Part shown: piece after piece, positions 50,537 to 64,000 of the stretch
Position numbering within the stretch: position 1 is the first letter of the stretch
Layout: every line of letters begins with the position of its first letter
NCBI RefSeq assembly: GCF_036321535.1
Contig: NC_087447.1
Coordinates: forward strand, 49,044,001 to 49,108,000
DNA from: Camelus dromedarius
Taxonomy: Eukaryota
Reading direction: 5' to 3'
Length of the DNA: 64,000 nucleotides
The notes under the pieces: model-generated
Told to the model about the DNA's origin: nothing
Databases searched by the model: none
The model's input: only the letters and a program-made list of their open reading frames with translations
Position numbers and translations under genes: made by a program

Positions 50537-53500
50537 ATGGCAATAAACACACATCTATCATTAACTACTGTAAATGTTAATGGACTAAATGCTCCAGTCA
50601 AAAGACATAGAGTGGCAGACTGAAAAATAAAGCAAGAACCTTCAATATGCTGCATACAAGAGACCCACTTTAGGGAGAAGGACATATATAGACTGAGAGT
50701 GAAAGGATGGAAAAGGATATTCCATGCAAATGGAAAAGCCAAAAAAGCAGGTGTTGCAGTCTATTTTAAAACAGACTTTAAAACAAAGACCATAAAGAAA
50801 GATAAAAAAAGGACATTTTATAATGATTAAACGAGTGATACAAGATGATGATACTCATTCATATATATGCACCCAATATAGGAGCACCTAAGTACATAAA
50901 ACAATTACTAACAGAAATAAAGGGGGATGTTGATGGGAATACAATCATAGCTGGAGATTTTAACACAGCATTAACATCACTAGACAGATCTTCCAGACAG
51001 AAAATAAACAAGGCAACAGAGAAATTAAATAATACAATAGAAAAAATAGATTTGGTGGGTATTTTCAGAGCATTACACCCCCCAAAAATAGGATATACAT
51101 TCTTTTCAGGTGCACATGGAACATTTTCCAGGATTGATCATGTACTTGGGCACAAAAGAAACCTCAACAATTTTAAGAAGATAGAAATTATCTCAAGCAT
51201 TTTTACTGACCACAATGCCATGAAACTAGAAATCAACAGCAGAGAAACAAAGGAGAAAAAAAGGAAAGCATGGAGATTAAACAATATGCTATTAAAAAAC
51301 CAATGGGTCAACAAGGAAATCAAAGCTGAAATTAAAAAATACCTTGAGACAAATGAAAATGAAAGCACAACCACACAAAATTTATGGGACACAGCAAAGG
51401 CAGTGCTAAGAGGGAAGTTTATACCGATACAAGCCCTCCTCAAAAAAGAACAATCTCAAATAAACAATTTAACCCACCAGCTGAGAGAACTAGAAAAAGA
51501 ACAAAAAACCCCAAAAGGCAGAAGGAAGGAAATTATAAAGATTAGGGATGAAATAAATAAAATAGAGATTAAAAAAAAACCATAGAAAAAATCAATCAAA
51601 CCAAAAGCTGTTTTTTTGAAAAAGTAAGTAAAATCGACAAACCTCTGGCCAAACTCACAAAGAAGAAAAAAGAGAGCACAAATTAGCAAAATAAGAAAGG
51701 AAAATGGAGAAATTACAACAAATAAAATAGAAATACAGAATATCATACAAGAATATTATGAAAAACTATATGGAACCAAACTGGATAACCTAGAGGAGAT
51801 GGACAAGCTTCTGGGAACATACTGTCCACCAAGACTGAATCAAGAAGAAACTGACCACTTGAACAAACCGATCACTAGAAATGAAATTGAAATAGCAATA
51901 AAAAAAACTCCCTACAAATAAAAGTCCAGGACCGGATGGCTTCACCAGGGAATTCTACCAAACATACGAAGAAGAACTCATACTAGTCCTTCTCAAACTC
52001 TTCCAGAAGACTGAAAAGGAGGGAATACTCCCAAACTCATTCTATGAAGCCACCATCACCCTGATACCAAAACCAGGCAAAGACACTACAAAAAAAGAGA
52101 ATTATAGGCCAATATCACTGATGAACACAGACGCCAAAATCCTCACCAAAATATTAGCAAAGAGAATCCAACAACACATAAAAAAGATTATACATCATGA
52201 CCAAGTGGGGTTCATCCCAGGGACACAAGGGTGGTTCAACATATGCAAATCAATCAATGTAATACATTACATCAACAAGAGAAAGGACAAAAACCACATG
52301 ATCATCTCAATAGATGCAGAAAAAGCATTTGATAAAATTCAACACCCATTTATGATAAAAACTTTCACCAAAGTGGGTATAGAGGGAACATATCTCAACA
52401 TAATAAAAGCTATATATGACAAACCTACAGCCAGCATAGTACTCAATGGTGAAAAACTCAAAAGCTTCCCACTAAAATATGGGACAAGACAAGGATGCCC
52501 ACTCTCACCACTCTTATTCAACATAGTCTTGGAAGTCCTAGCCACAGCAATCAGACAAGAGAGAGAAATAAAAGGGATCCAAATTGGAAAAGAAGAGGTA
52601 AAAGTGTCACTATATGCTGACAACATGTTACTATATAGAAAACCCTAAAAGGTCCACACAAAAACTACTAGAAATAATCGAAGAATTCAGCAAGGTAGCA
52701 GGTTACAAGATTAATGTTCAAAAATCAGTTGCATTTCTTTACACTAATGATGAATCAACAGAAAAAGAAAGTAAAGAAACAATCCCCTTTAAAATAGCAC
52801 CCAAAGTAATAAAATACCTAGGAATAAATCTAACCAAGGAGGTGAAATTATTACACACAGAAAACTATAAACCATTGATGAAGGAAATTAAAGAAGACTT
52901 TAAAAAATGGAAAGATATCCCATGCTCTTGGATTGGAAGAATTAATATTGTTACAATGGTCACACTGCCCAAGGCAATCTACAGATTTAATGTAATCCCT
53001 ATCAAATTACCCAGGACATATTGTACAGAACTAGAACAAATCATAATAACATTCATATGGAACCATCAAAGACCCAGAATTGCCAAAGCATTACTGAAGA
53101 GAAAGAAAGAGCCTGGAGGAATAACTCTCCCAGACTTCAGACAATACTATACAGCTACAGTCAACAAGACAGCATGGTATTGGTACAAAAACAGACATAC
53201 AGACCAATGGAACAGAATAGAGAGCCCAGAAATGAACCCACAAAATTTGGCCAACTAATCTTCAACAAAGGAGGCAAGAATATACAATGGAATAGAGACA
53301 GTCTCTTCAGCACGTGGTGTTGGGAAAAGTGGACAGCAGCATGTAAAGCAATGAAGCTAGAACACTCCCTTACACCATACACAAAAATAAACTCAAAATG
53401 GATCAAAGACTTAAACATAAGACAAGATACAACAAACCTCCTAGAGGAAAATATAGGCAAAACATTATCTGACATACATCTCAAAAATGTTCTCCTAGAA

Positions 53501-54326
53501 CAGTCTACTCAAGCAATAGAAATAAAAGCAAGAATAAACAAATGGGACCTAATTAAACTTACAAGCTTCTGCACAGCAAAGGAAACCATAAGTAAAACAA
53601 AAAGACAACCTACGGAATGGGAGAAAATTTTTGCAAATGAAACCAACAAAGGCTTGATCTCCAGAATATATAAGCAGCTCACACGACTTAACAAGAAAAA
53701 AACAACCCAATCCAAAAATGGGCAGAAGACCTAAACAAGCAATTCTCCAAGGAAGAAATACAAATGATCAATAGGCACATGAGAAAGTGCTCAATGTTAC
53801 TAATTATCAGAGAAATGCAAATCAAAACTACAATGAGGTATCACCTCACACCAGTCAGAATGGCCATCACTCAAAAGTCCACAAATGACAAATGCTGGAG
53901 AGGCTGTGGAGAAAAGGGAACCCTCCTTCACTGCTGGTGGGAATGCAGTCTGGTGCAGCCACTGTGGAAAACAGTATGGAGATTCCTCAAAAGACTAGGA
54001 ATAGACTTACCATATGACCCAGGAATCCTGCTCCTGGGCATATATCCAGAAGGAACCCTACTTCAGGATGACACCTGCACCCCAATGTTCATAGTAGCAT
54101 TACTTACAATAGCCAAGACATGGAAACAGCCTAAATGTCCATCAACAGATGACTGGACAAAGGAGATGTGGTACATTTATACAATGGAATACTACTCAGC
54201 CATAAAAACTGACAACATAACGTCATTTGCAGCAACATGAATGCTCCGGAGGATGTCATTCTAAATGAAGTAAGCCAGAAAGAGAAAGAAAAATACCATA
54301 TGGGATTGCTCATATATGGAATCTAA
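50537..54326 (+). pseudogene. L1 ORF2p (APE endonuclease, reverse transcriptase, C-terminal domain), disrupted
   Basis: ATGGCAATAAAC at 50537; motifs [38 protein letters not shown]. Split into several ORF pieces by frameshifts and a premature TGA. Confidence 0.93.
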
Positions 54327-54769
54327 AACAAACAAACAAAGCATAAATACAAAACAGAAATACTCACAGACATAGAATACAAACTTGTGGTGGCCAAGGG
54401 GGCGGGAGGTGGGAAGAGACAGACTGGGATTTCAAAAGTGTAGAATAGATAAACAAGATTATACTGTATAGCACAGTATACAAGATCTTATGGTAGCTCA
54501 CAGAGAAAAAAATGTGACAATGAATATATGTATGTTCATGTACAACTGAAAAATTGTGCTGTACACTGGAATTTGACACATTGTAAAATGATTATAAATC
54601 CATAAAAAATGTTAAAAAAAATAAAATCAAAAAAGAAAAAAGTGAAAAAAAAATTGAAAAAATACTGAATAAAAAAAAATGGTTAAGATGGGAAGACATC
54701 TGTTAAAGAAAGGAGAAGGGTCTGAGCTAGCCCTTGGAATACACACAGAATCTACATAAGAGAATGTAA

Positions 54770-55015
54770 TGGCCATAAGCATGGTCTCTGGAGTCAGTTG
54801 GACTTGGTTCAAATCCTGGCTCTCCCACTTACAAGCGTTGTAACTCTGGATGAGTTATTTAACCTACCTGTGCCTCAATTTCCTCATCTATAAAATGAGG
54901 ATAACAATAGGACACCTACTTCATAGGGCTGTTGTGAGGAATAAATAAATTAATGTATGTTAAATGCTGAGGACAGTGTCTGACACATAGTGAGCACTAC
55001 ATACATGTTATCGTT
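54770..55015 (+). mobile_element. MIR SINE, near full length
   Basis: ggttcaaatcctggctct..tgtgcctcaatttcctcatctataaaatg..tcatagggctgttgtgagga..cacatagtgagcact. Confidence 0.85.
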
Positions 55016-55442
55016 ACTAAGAGAGGAAAGACCAGTACATTCTAGCCAGAAGGTATGGCCTCAGCAAACGTGCAAAATGGGACTACGTCAAGCTTATTTA
55101 GAGGGTTCAGGAAGGGGGAACAGTCTGGCAAGAGCAACAGCCATAGCCTACAATGACTGATCAGAGGAAGGGAAAGTGACTTGTCAGACACCAGTATCTC
55201 CCCTAATAAACAGCACAGGGGACTGTGAAACACCCAGCTGAGGCCTCCCCAATCTTTGTGGCCCGGTTCCCATGGAAGCTTTTTCTGGAAGCTTCAGTAG
55301 GTGGCATTCTCCCTGCTTTGAGCACTCACAGCCTGCCCTTACCGCCCTTTCCAGCTGCTCTAGATGATTTCCTTGGAGACTTGTACCCAGATAGAGGCTC
55401 ACAAGGGAACACATGGGACAGACTCTGGGATGTAGAACTTAC

Positions 55443-55576
55443 TGCTCTGTGACAGCCAAACTGGGCGGCAGGGAGGTGAGTCCATTGCCTGTGAGGAGCA
55501 GGACACGGAGGTGTGGCAGAATCCCCAGATCACAGATGGCCTCCGCAGTCAGGCTGTTGAAGGAAAGGTCCAGGAA
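55443..55576 (-). CDS. XRRA1: XRRA1 coding exon C (134 nt), FLDLSFNSLTAEAICDLGILPHLRVLLLTGNGLTSLPPSLAVTE(Q)
   Basis: ccacag|TTCCTGGAC...GAGCA|gtaagt. Two LRR motifs; lies within ORF 55439..55636. Phase 0 to 2. Confidence 0.95.
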
Positions 55577-57707
55577 CTGTGGTGCAAGGATAAGAGACGG
55601 GGAAAAAGAAGCACTACTCGTAACAATGATGCTCATACATGAGGCGGGAGCTGGTCCCTTTTTTTTTTTTTTTTAACCTTCCAGAGGGCCCATCACCCAC
55701 AGGCTAAAACCCTCTTGACTCTGTGGGTTAACATTCAAGGTCTACTAGAGTCAGTTCCCAACCTATTTGTCAGCCTTAGCTCCCACACTGCAAGCCTTTG
55801 TTTATCCTGTGGTGTTGGCCAAAGTGACTCCTCCCCATTCCTTTCCTCCCCCGACCTAGAAATCTTTACTTGAGCTTTTCACTCAACCAGGAAAGCCCTT
55901 TCTCCATGTATCTGAATCTAAGCCTGAAAAGGCTGGCTCAAAAGCTGTCTCCTTATAAAACTTTTCTTAATTCTCCAACCACTTGGACTCACCCCTCCTC
56001 TGACTTTATCTAGACTGCTCTGAGAGTGTTTTTCATGGTTGACCAGGTATCTGTGATAACTGAGTCTAATACTGGTACACGGATGTGCCCAGCAGTCTGG
56101 CACACAGTGGTACACTAGACTATAAACTCTCTGAGTTGAAAGGCCTTGGCACTGTATTGCTGTATCCTTATAACCTAGCATAGGACCTGGCACATAGTAA
56201 ATGCACATTAAAAAATCAGCTGAAATGAACTGGCTTAATAGAGGACAATGATCCAAACTGTCACCTCATCATAAAGCACCTTCTAACTGGCCACCTAGAT
56301 GCACGAGATAGTTGACTGGGGCCAGGGGGTCAGTCAGGAAACAGTTTCTCTCCGCAAAGACAAAGGTAATTGTGATGAATGATATCATCCCAGTCTTTGT
56401 TCTCTCTCTTCTACAAGAGCCTCTCTGGACACTCATTTTAGTTCTTATGTACAAGTCCGCTCCTTTCCCTCCCGCTCCAGCCCCACACACCCATTGATGC
56501 CTATTGAATGGGGCCAGTTTCAGCATCTTATCCAGTTGGTGCATGGGTAAGGTTTTCAGTCAGCCACTCCAATGTCACATGGTCATTCACGCATATACAC
56601 AACTGACTGCAAGTCACTGCCAAAGGAGGTCTGACTCCACTGTAGTACTTATTTGATGGGCTCTGTAGACCTGGGTTTAAGTCCTGGTTAGTTGTGTGAC
56701 CTTGGGCAAATTACTTAACCTGAGCTTCCTTACCTACAAAGTGGAAATAATAATGGATTTTTATGAGGAATTATGTAGATAAAGTCTTTAGCATGGGGCC
56801 TGGTATACAGTAAATGCTTACTGTTGGCTGTCATGGTCATTACCATCCCTTCTTCAAGGCATCTATACTGAAGGCTTACTTTGAACCAGTCCATGCCCTG
56901 GGTGAGCTCACAGCCTAGTTGGGCAGCTAGACACATTTATAAGTCTGTTAAGAAGAAATGATGTTGGGATAGATGTTTGAGCTCTACCAGAGGTCCAGAC
57001 AGGCTTCATAAAGCAGATGACGCTGAAGCTGTCCTCAGAGACTAGTCAGTATTCACAAAATTGTTAAGGGCAAAAGACATACAGCCCAGTAAGTGGCATG
57101 CATAGAAGCCAGGAGGCAGGAGTCAGCTTTGCTTATCTGAGAACTGCAAATGGTGTAGGTATGACTAGAGTCCATGGTCTAGAGAGGGCTTGATAAGACT
57201 GTACAGGCCACAGAAGATGCCCGGCACCAAAGGAGTTCGTGCTGCCATCAGCAAATTCTCAAACCTCTTAAAGTTCTGAGTATTCACACAAAGGGGAGAG
57301 CCCACTTGGCAGGGGCAAAGAGAGAACGCTTCAAGAAGGAAGACCCGGAAAGCTAGCTTGGATAAACACAGACAAAGATGGGGATAATTCATACCCATAT
57401 GTAGGTAGTCAACAAAACCTATTAATTCTACCTCCTTAGTATCTCTCATACTTGTTCCTTACAATCCACTCTTCATATAGTAGCCATACTGGTTTTTCTA
57501 AAATACAGTTCTGACCCTATTACTCCTCAGCTACAAATCCTTCAATGAATCCCTTTTATCCGTAAGATAAGGTTCAAAGTCCTTAGCAAGGCTTCCAATG
57601 CTCTCTATGTTCTCTCTTCTGTTACCCCTCTGGGCTCATTTATCCCCACACTCAACTGTGTGTCACTCATCCCAACCATACTGAGCTGTTTCATCAGTGT
57701 TCTCACT

Positions 57708-58049
57708 CAGAAACTGGCAATCAAAGATCTGTAAGCCAAATCCAGCCAGCTGTCTGTTTTGTACGGCCTATGAGCTAAGAATGGTTTTTACATTTTCCAA
57801 TGGCTGGGGGAAAAAAAACCAGGAAGAATAATATAGTATGAAAATTATGTAAAATTCAATTTCAGCATCATAAAGCTCTCTGGGAACACAGCCTTGCCCA
57901 TTTGTTTACATACTGTCTACAGCTGCTTTCCTTCTGCAACAGCAGAGTTGACTAGTTACGACAGTTATGACTAGTTATGACCACATGGACTGCAAAGCCT
58001 AAAATATTTACTGTCTGGCTTCTTACCAGAAAAAGTTTGCCGACCCTTG
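57708..58049 (-). mobile_element. MER58B-like hAT-Charlie element
   Basis: Ends ..aaagcctaaaatatttactgtctggc..agaaaaagtttgccgaccct; homologous to the reverse complement of 12848-13141. Confidence 0.75.
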
Positions 58050-60363
58050 CTCTAGCTGCATTAGGCTATTTAATGTTGGGTCCAAATTTGCTTTCTGTGG
58101 AATCAAGGGCAGCTCAAAGAAATGAACAATCTTAGAACCACAGGTCACAGAATTTCATAGCTGGCCCAGGACTTACAGAGAGGAAACTTAAGTTCCAGAG
58201 AGAGTAAGTTACTTGGCCCAGAAGGTAAGGCAAAGTAGTGGCAGATCAAGACTAGAAGCAAGGTCTCCTGACTTTCAGGGAAGGGCAGGGCTCCAGCTGA
58301 CTCTTTTTCAGACCTGTATGTAGAGAATCAAATCATGACAAAGCTGTTTTTCTAAACTGACTCCTGAAGAGTTCCACTTGAGGTGACAGCCCTTCTGGCA
58401 AAAAGGGACAGAAGATTCCTAACTTGGATGCTGCATCTGCTGAGTCACATCAAGTTTTATTACACATCAAAGTATTCATTGCTGTGAGCTGTAAACTCAG
58501 GACATTTGACAGGTTTATCCTTTTTCTTAAAGAGCCTCCACAAACCATAGAGATGAAAACAAATGATTGGCCAAAAGATTTCCTATTCTCATTTATAGTC
58601 TGCATCTTGACTTTGGCTTACTCTTTTATGTAAATAATTTCCCTTGGGTAAAGCTAGTCTGCTGAATAAATAAACTTCATCAGTTGCTATCAAACAATCA
58701 AGTAGGGCCTCCAAAAAGTCAATCATGATCCAAGCTAGTCAGCTGGGGGTCAGAGCCTGTAGGTATGTCCCCTCCCCACTGCCTACAGGCACGTGAAGTA
58801 GGGGTTTGAAATGGTAGAGGGGAAGGAAGATAAGTTGCCTGGCACAATGCACGACACACAGGAGCTCAATAACAATTTTTTAAAAAAGCAAAATAACAAA
58901 TTAATGAAAGTTTGTAAGACAATGCTCCCAGGCCTGTAGGTGAGGGAAATGGCTCTCTGTATCTCTAGAGCATCTGGAACTTGTTCCCCACCGTCTATAA
59001 TAAACTCTAGTATAAAATGCTTTTTAACTTAGCACAAAATTGCTTCAGTTGTAAATTTACTCTTGCTCTGTCTGTTTTATTGAGGAAGCAAAGCTCTTGA
59101 AAGTCCAGTAAGTATGAGACCCACCACTGTCTCAACTCACTGTTATCCTCAATATGACCAGAAACCACGGAGAGAAAATACCATTAAATTCAGTATAGCA
59201 TGCTTTAAAAATGCAAAGACATATAATCCATTTTAGGAAGACTGCCATCCCAAGTGGTCAAAACTTCTTAAAACTTATTTGTATTTATACAAATAAAATT
59301 AACTCTTAAAAACTCACTCTTGTGGAAGGTCTCCCTCTCTCTCCCTCTCTCTGTCTCTGGCCAGACCAAGTTAAATGAGGTTTTTATGAAGAATGTCTGA
59401 CCCCTGATGTTTGCAGATTAAATTATGTAAGTTACCAGCTCTTTGGGGTAAACCCCAAGGCTCATGACATGCAGAAACTTTGCTGAGGTGTGAGTCTGAA
59501 ACTTTTCTATGAGGCCAACAATGTGGCAAAGAGCCCATTACTTAGTGAGCCTGGCCAGATGCCCAGCCCCACGCCTTGCTCAGCTGTGCTGTTCTCTACT
59601 CTCCATGTATGCAGTGACTCTCAGGTGGTGACAAAAGCTTTGTTTCTTTGTGAAAAATCACCTTAAAGTTTTCATGGATGTTGAAGAGGTGATTAATTTG
59701 AAGTATGAGAAAATGTATCAAAAATGCATGACTACAGGAAATTCAATGAAGGAGAAAGCCAAGAATGCAAACTTTTTTTTTTTTTTTTTTGTATTTTTGA
59801 ATCTGGGGTTTGGAAAACAGCTATGGATGTACAAATGTCAAGAGTCTGCTCTAGAACTCATAGAAGCCCTACTTTATTTTACATTCATCTCTGGGCCTAT
59901 GGCCTACAGCCTTATCCTAGCTCATTAGAACCAATCGGGCTCACTCAGACGAGGATGGGTCTCCGGAATCAGTCCATAACACCTCTAGTTGAGCTGGTCC
60001 AATCTGCTGTTCCTAGCATTTAACGTCCATGACTCCTTAACCCGCACTGGAGCCAGATCTCCCCTCAAACTCTCTCTCCTATAATACTCTGTTTAAACCC
60101 ACTTTTCTGCACAGACTTCTTTGGAGATGACCTTTGGCATTTATTTTCCAGAACCATGCACCATGGCTAGAGATAAAATATATTCTCATCTATTTGCCAC
60201 CACCACCAACCCCACTTCCCTCCCCAGAGGAACACCTGGAAGCAAGGGTCTGGCTACAAAGGCCAGAGAGCCCCTTCCCAACAGTTATAATCAGCAATCT
60301 CCTCTACACCCATTCCTTACAGGGAAACAGGTGGGCTCCAAAAACTCCCTACCTCCAACTTAC

Positions 60364-60461
60364 TTCTAAGGACTTAAAGTCTCCATATTTCACGTAGACT
60401 GTTTTGATGCTGTTAAATGCGAGCTCCAGTTCCTTTAAAGCTGGAAACGTGTGAAATGCCT
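60364..60461 (-). CDS. XRRA1: XRRA1 coding exon B (98 nt), (E)AFHTFPALKELELAFNSIKTVYVKYGDFKSLE
   Basis: cttgtag|AGGCATTT...TTAGAA|gtaagt. Contains LRR motif LKELELAFNSI. Phase 1 to 0, joins exon A in frame. Confidence 0.94.
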
Positions 60462-62884
60462 CTACAAGGGGAGGAGAAAGAGAGAATCTACAGATCGGGA
60501 AGGATTTAAGAGAAAGAATCTAACAGTTATTTACTGTGTTCCCACTGGGTTAGGCCAGGCACTGGGTAAAGTGTTTTACATACAAGGGCTCTAAATCTCT
60601 AACAACCCTGAAAAATAGGGATTACTACTTTCATTCTACTGCTGAAAAAACAAAGGCTCAGCTAGACTAAGTGATTTGCTAGAAACAGAATTGCTGATAA
60701 GTGGAGGGGCCAAGAACTGAATCTAAGTCTAACTCCAAAACCTATTTTAAAAATATTATTTCTGATTATAAAAGCAAAAATTTCCACCAAAAAAAGTAAA
60801 AATAAAAAACATAGAAAAATAAAAATTCCTTTAATCTCAACACCCAGAGACAACTATTCAAAGTTTCACCTATAATACTCTAGACTTTTTCTCTTGTGTA
60901 TACTGAACCACACACACACTTCTTACAGAATGGGAATCATACTATACACATTGTACTGTGACTTGTTTTTTTCCCTTAACAATATGAGTTAAAAGACTGT
61001 TCCAAATCAAAACATAGATCTGCATAATGTCTGAATTATGTTCTATAGTATAGACATATTCTATTTTACTTATCCATTCCCCTAGTGATAATTGTTAGAC
61101 TATCTGGATAAAAGGTAAGAACACTTTTCTCCTTCTGCTTGAGAACTGGACCTTGGGTTAACTTTCTAGCCCTCTTCCCCTGGTAACCTGAAACAAATAA
61201 CATGGTAACTGTGTCATTAGGCAATATTGCTGTGGTAAAAATGACCCCAGATGAGTAAATCACATCTGGACTAGGAGAAACTATAAATGAACTATAAATA
61301 TCTGACGAGGGCATAACTGTGGGCTTCTCTGTGCATGCTGACTTCTATACCTGGACATGTTCTTTGCAGGAACTCTGGGAGCTACGTCTACAGTGTTATA
61401 ACAGCTCTTTGCTCCTATGAGGAACAAGGTTTCTAAGCCAGACATAGAGTTTAACAAGGCTCCTGCATCTACACAAAGAGTCTCATTGTCTTGGACCCAA
61501 GCTGGGGGCCACAGAGTACGGCTCACGGATGGCTACAGGAACTGCTGTGAGGATCCCACTGAAGAGGAGCTGCTGATGCTGCGCTCCTGGCCTTCTAAGT
61601 GAACCTGGTGTCAAGTGTGGCCAACAGTGGTTCTGGGAGTTGGAATGTTCTGTAGAGTCTAAGAGAAAGACTGCTTGGTAGGTAGAGTCTCATAGAAAGA
61701 CGCACTTCCAGGATATTTCCAATGAACAGCCTTGTACAAGTATGTTTCTGTAGAATAAATTCCTGGAAATGGAACTATGAGATTAAAGGCAATGCCTGTT
61801 TTAAGAGACCAAATTGCCTTCCTAAGATGCTGCACCAATTTTTTACACTTGAATACGAGAGCATCCATTTCTCTACTGATGCTGGCAGTCATCAGTCCTT
61901 CTCATTCTGTCAATATTTTATAGGTAGAAAATAGTACTTCGATACTGTTTTATTTACTAATGAGGTTGAGAGTCCTTTCATATACCTTCTGGCCTTTGTT
62001 TTTCAAGCCCATGCTCTTGACAGACCACGCTGTTTCCTCAAGAGCAGGGACTTGTCACATGCTTCCTTAAAAACAATCCTTAAACTCACTGCATTCAAAA
62101 CTGAACTCATCCTATTTCTCCCCAATCCTGCCTTTCCTGTAGTGCTGTCTCACTGAATTCCTTTGGTTCCTCCTTTTCTCTCCATGTCCATTAGTTACCA
62201 AGTCTGGTTATTTCTACCTCCTCCTGAATCTTTCTCTTTCTCACTTTCCTCTGCCCCTATTGCTACAGCCCTGGTTGAGGCCTCACCTCCCCTCCCCTGG
62301 AAAAATGAAACCATCTCCGAGGTTTCCTGGCCTCCATTTTATAATCCACGCTTCTCACAGCCACCACCCAGCCTATTTCAAAGCCTTCTGAGGCTCTCTT
62401 TTGCCTGCAGGATTAAGTCCAAGTCATTCAGGGCCCTTGATAATGTAGTCCTTACCCACCTTTCTAGACTCCATTCTCCCCTGCCTATATCCCTTGCAAA
62501 CATACAAAGCTCCTTCAGGACCCCTGATCAGGCACTGCCATTCCGCATCTGCTCTGCGGGCCTGAAATGCCTTCTTACCGTCTAATTCCTGAGTCACTCC
62601 TATTCATGTGTTAGGTCTCAGCTTACGTACTCTTCATCTCAGAAGTTTCTTCTGACACTCTCGGCCAAGCTGATTACCTGTCATTTTCTGATTCCCCCTA
62701 TCATTGCACTTACCATATCCTGGTATAACTAAGCTCACCATAACAGGAACTGGACACTGGTTTCTAAAATCCAAGCAGGCATTTAGTTCTGACACCCAGC
62801 AGGGGTCGCTGTGGATTTGCTGAATAAACAAGAAGGCTTCACACTCCTCTAGGAGCTTTTAGAGGCTTGAAAATGTTTCATAAA

Positions 62885-63261
62885 CAGTCCCCCATTATCT
62901 GCAAGAGATTGGTTCCAGGATCCTCCATTCTCATTCCCCACCCCCAACTCACCTCCCAACCCCCACCAAAATCCACAGATGCTCAAGTTCCTCACATAAA
63001 ATGGTACAGTATTTGCATCTAACCTGTGCACAGCCTCCTGTACACTTTAAATCACCTGTAAATGACTAATAATACTTAATGTAATGTAAATGCTCTGTAA
63101 ATAGTTGCAAATACAATGTAAACACTATGGAAATTATTGCCAGTGCATGGCAAATTCAAGTTTTCTTTCTGGAACTTTCCGGAATTTCTTTTTCAAATAT
63201 TTCCCATTCATATTTGGTTGAACCCACAGATGTGGAACCCATGGATGTGAAGGGCCAACTG
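62885..63261. mobile_element. MER2-like TcMar-Tigger element
   Basis: Ends cagtccccca ... agggccaactg|ta; internal gattggttccagga and ggttgaacccacagatgtggaacccatggat. Confidence 0.75.
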
Positions 63262-63548
63262 TACTTATCCCGTCTGAGTCTACAAGGCATCCTGCCTTGG
63301 GAAGAAAGAAAGGAAGGGAATTATCTCCTTACAGACAGAGAAGCAGCAGCTCACAGAGAAATGTTTGAAGTAGGTAGTGCCAGCTCTGGGCTGGAATCCA
63401 GGTCTGTGTGTTCTCCCACACCCAGCCTATTGCACCCCAGAAAAGAGATGCATGGCCAGTCACTGATGAACTGACAGGCAAGTTCTAACATGAGAGACTG
63501 GCTGTGTCAGCCAAGAGGCAGAAGGTAGTTTTCAGGAAGAAAACTTAC

Positions 63549-63621
63549 CTAGAGGCAGCAGGTTTTCTGAAGCATTGATGTAAATCACAGAATTAAAATA
63601 TTTGAAGTCCTTTTCCTTAGC
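63549..63621 (-). CDS. XRRA1: XRRA1 internal coding exon A (73 nt), AKEKDFKYFNSVIYINASENLLPL(E)
   Basis: Minus strand reads ttcccgcag|GCTAAGG...CCTCTAG|gtaagt. The peptide matches recalled mammalian XRRA1 (AKENDFKHFHSVIYINASENLLPL). Phase 0 to 1. Confidence 0.93.
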
Positions 63622-64000
63622 CTGCGGGAAGGCATTTCAAAGAACACAAGATTAGCTCCCTGCCTGGAGGCCTTGCTGGAGCTCCAAAGCTGCCCTAAGA
63701 AGGAGCAAAGACCTCAAGGAATAAGACACATCCTGAGCACAAGAGCAGCCACATGTTGAGAGCGGGAAGGGCTTTTCTGCTTCTTTTTTTTTTCTATTAT
63801 GAAATAATTCAAATGTCCAGAAAAGTATAGCGAATGATACTCTGAAGACCCATGAAACCACTATCCAGCTTTAATAAATCTGAATATTTTGTAGTCTTTG
63901 CTTCAAATTTCTTTAAAGAAATAAAACATTACAGAGAGCTGATCGCCCCCCACCAACATATCCCTCCCCAGTCACATTCTTCTCCTTCTCTCCCACAGAT

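Larger units (their letters stand above)
47487..54674 (+). mobile_element. L1 element #3: full-length and the least decayed, 7.19 kb
   Basis: GGAGGAGGCCAAGAT start; CpG-rich 5'UTR to ~48760 followed by a T-rich tract; ORF1; ~400-nt spacer; ORF2; ~75-nt patterned A tail. 18-bp TSD aaaaa(c/t)ggttaagatggg at 47469-47486 and 54675-54692. Confidence 0.96.

Noticed and set aside
51138..53715. Hydrophobic minus-strand ORFs opposite L1 ORF2
   Set aside because: Typical antisense shadows of A-rich L1 coding sequence.
1..64000. A novel multi-gene or prokaryote-type system (CRISPR, defence island, operon)
   Set aside because: The window is explained by one spliced mammalian gene plus transposon relics; no independent intact ORF or array was found.

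Overview
Mammalian genomic DNA, most likely camelid (two Vic-1-like tRNA-derived SINEs; no Alu, Bov, PRE-1 or Can-SINE recognised). The window lies inside one minus-strand gene, XRRA1 (leucine-rich-repeat protein X-ray radiation resistance associated 1). Nine internal coding exons (1029 nt, 343 codons) were read by hand; all have GT-AG boundaries, matching phases and no stops. The start and stop codons lie outside the window. The introns are mostly transposon-derived: three ~7.1-kb TSD-flanked L1 insertions (all antisense to XRRA1, all disabled), several short truncated L1/SINE insertions, a decayed ERVL gag-pro-pol-dUTPase fossil, solo LTRs, hAT/Tigger MITEs, MIR and L2. I found no convincing new biological system. 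The most interesting signals are retrotransposition relics: a probable L1 3' transduction, a probable 5' transduction, a two-module chimeric L1 5'UTR and a target site apparently hit twice. There is also a possible dual acceptor/donor splice site in one XRRA1 exon. Repeat family names come from recalled consensus similarity, not a database search.
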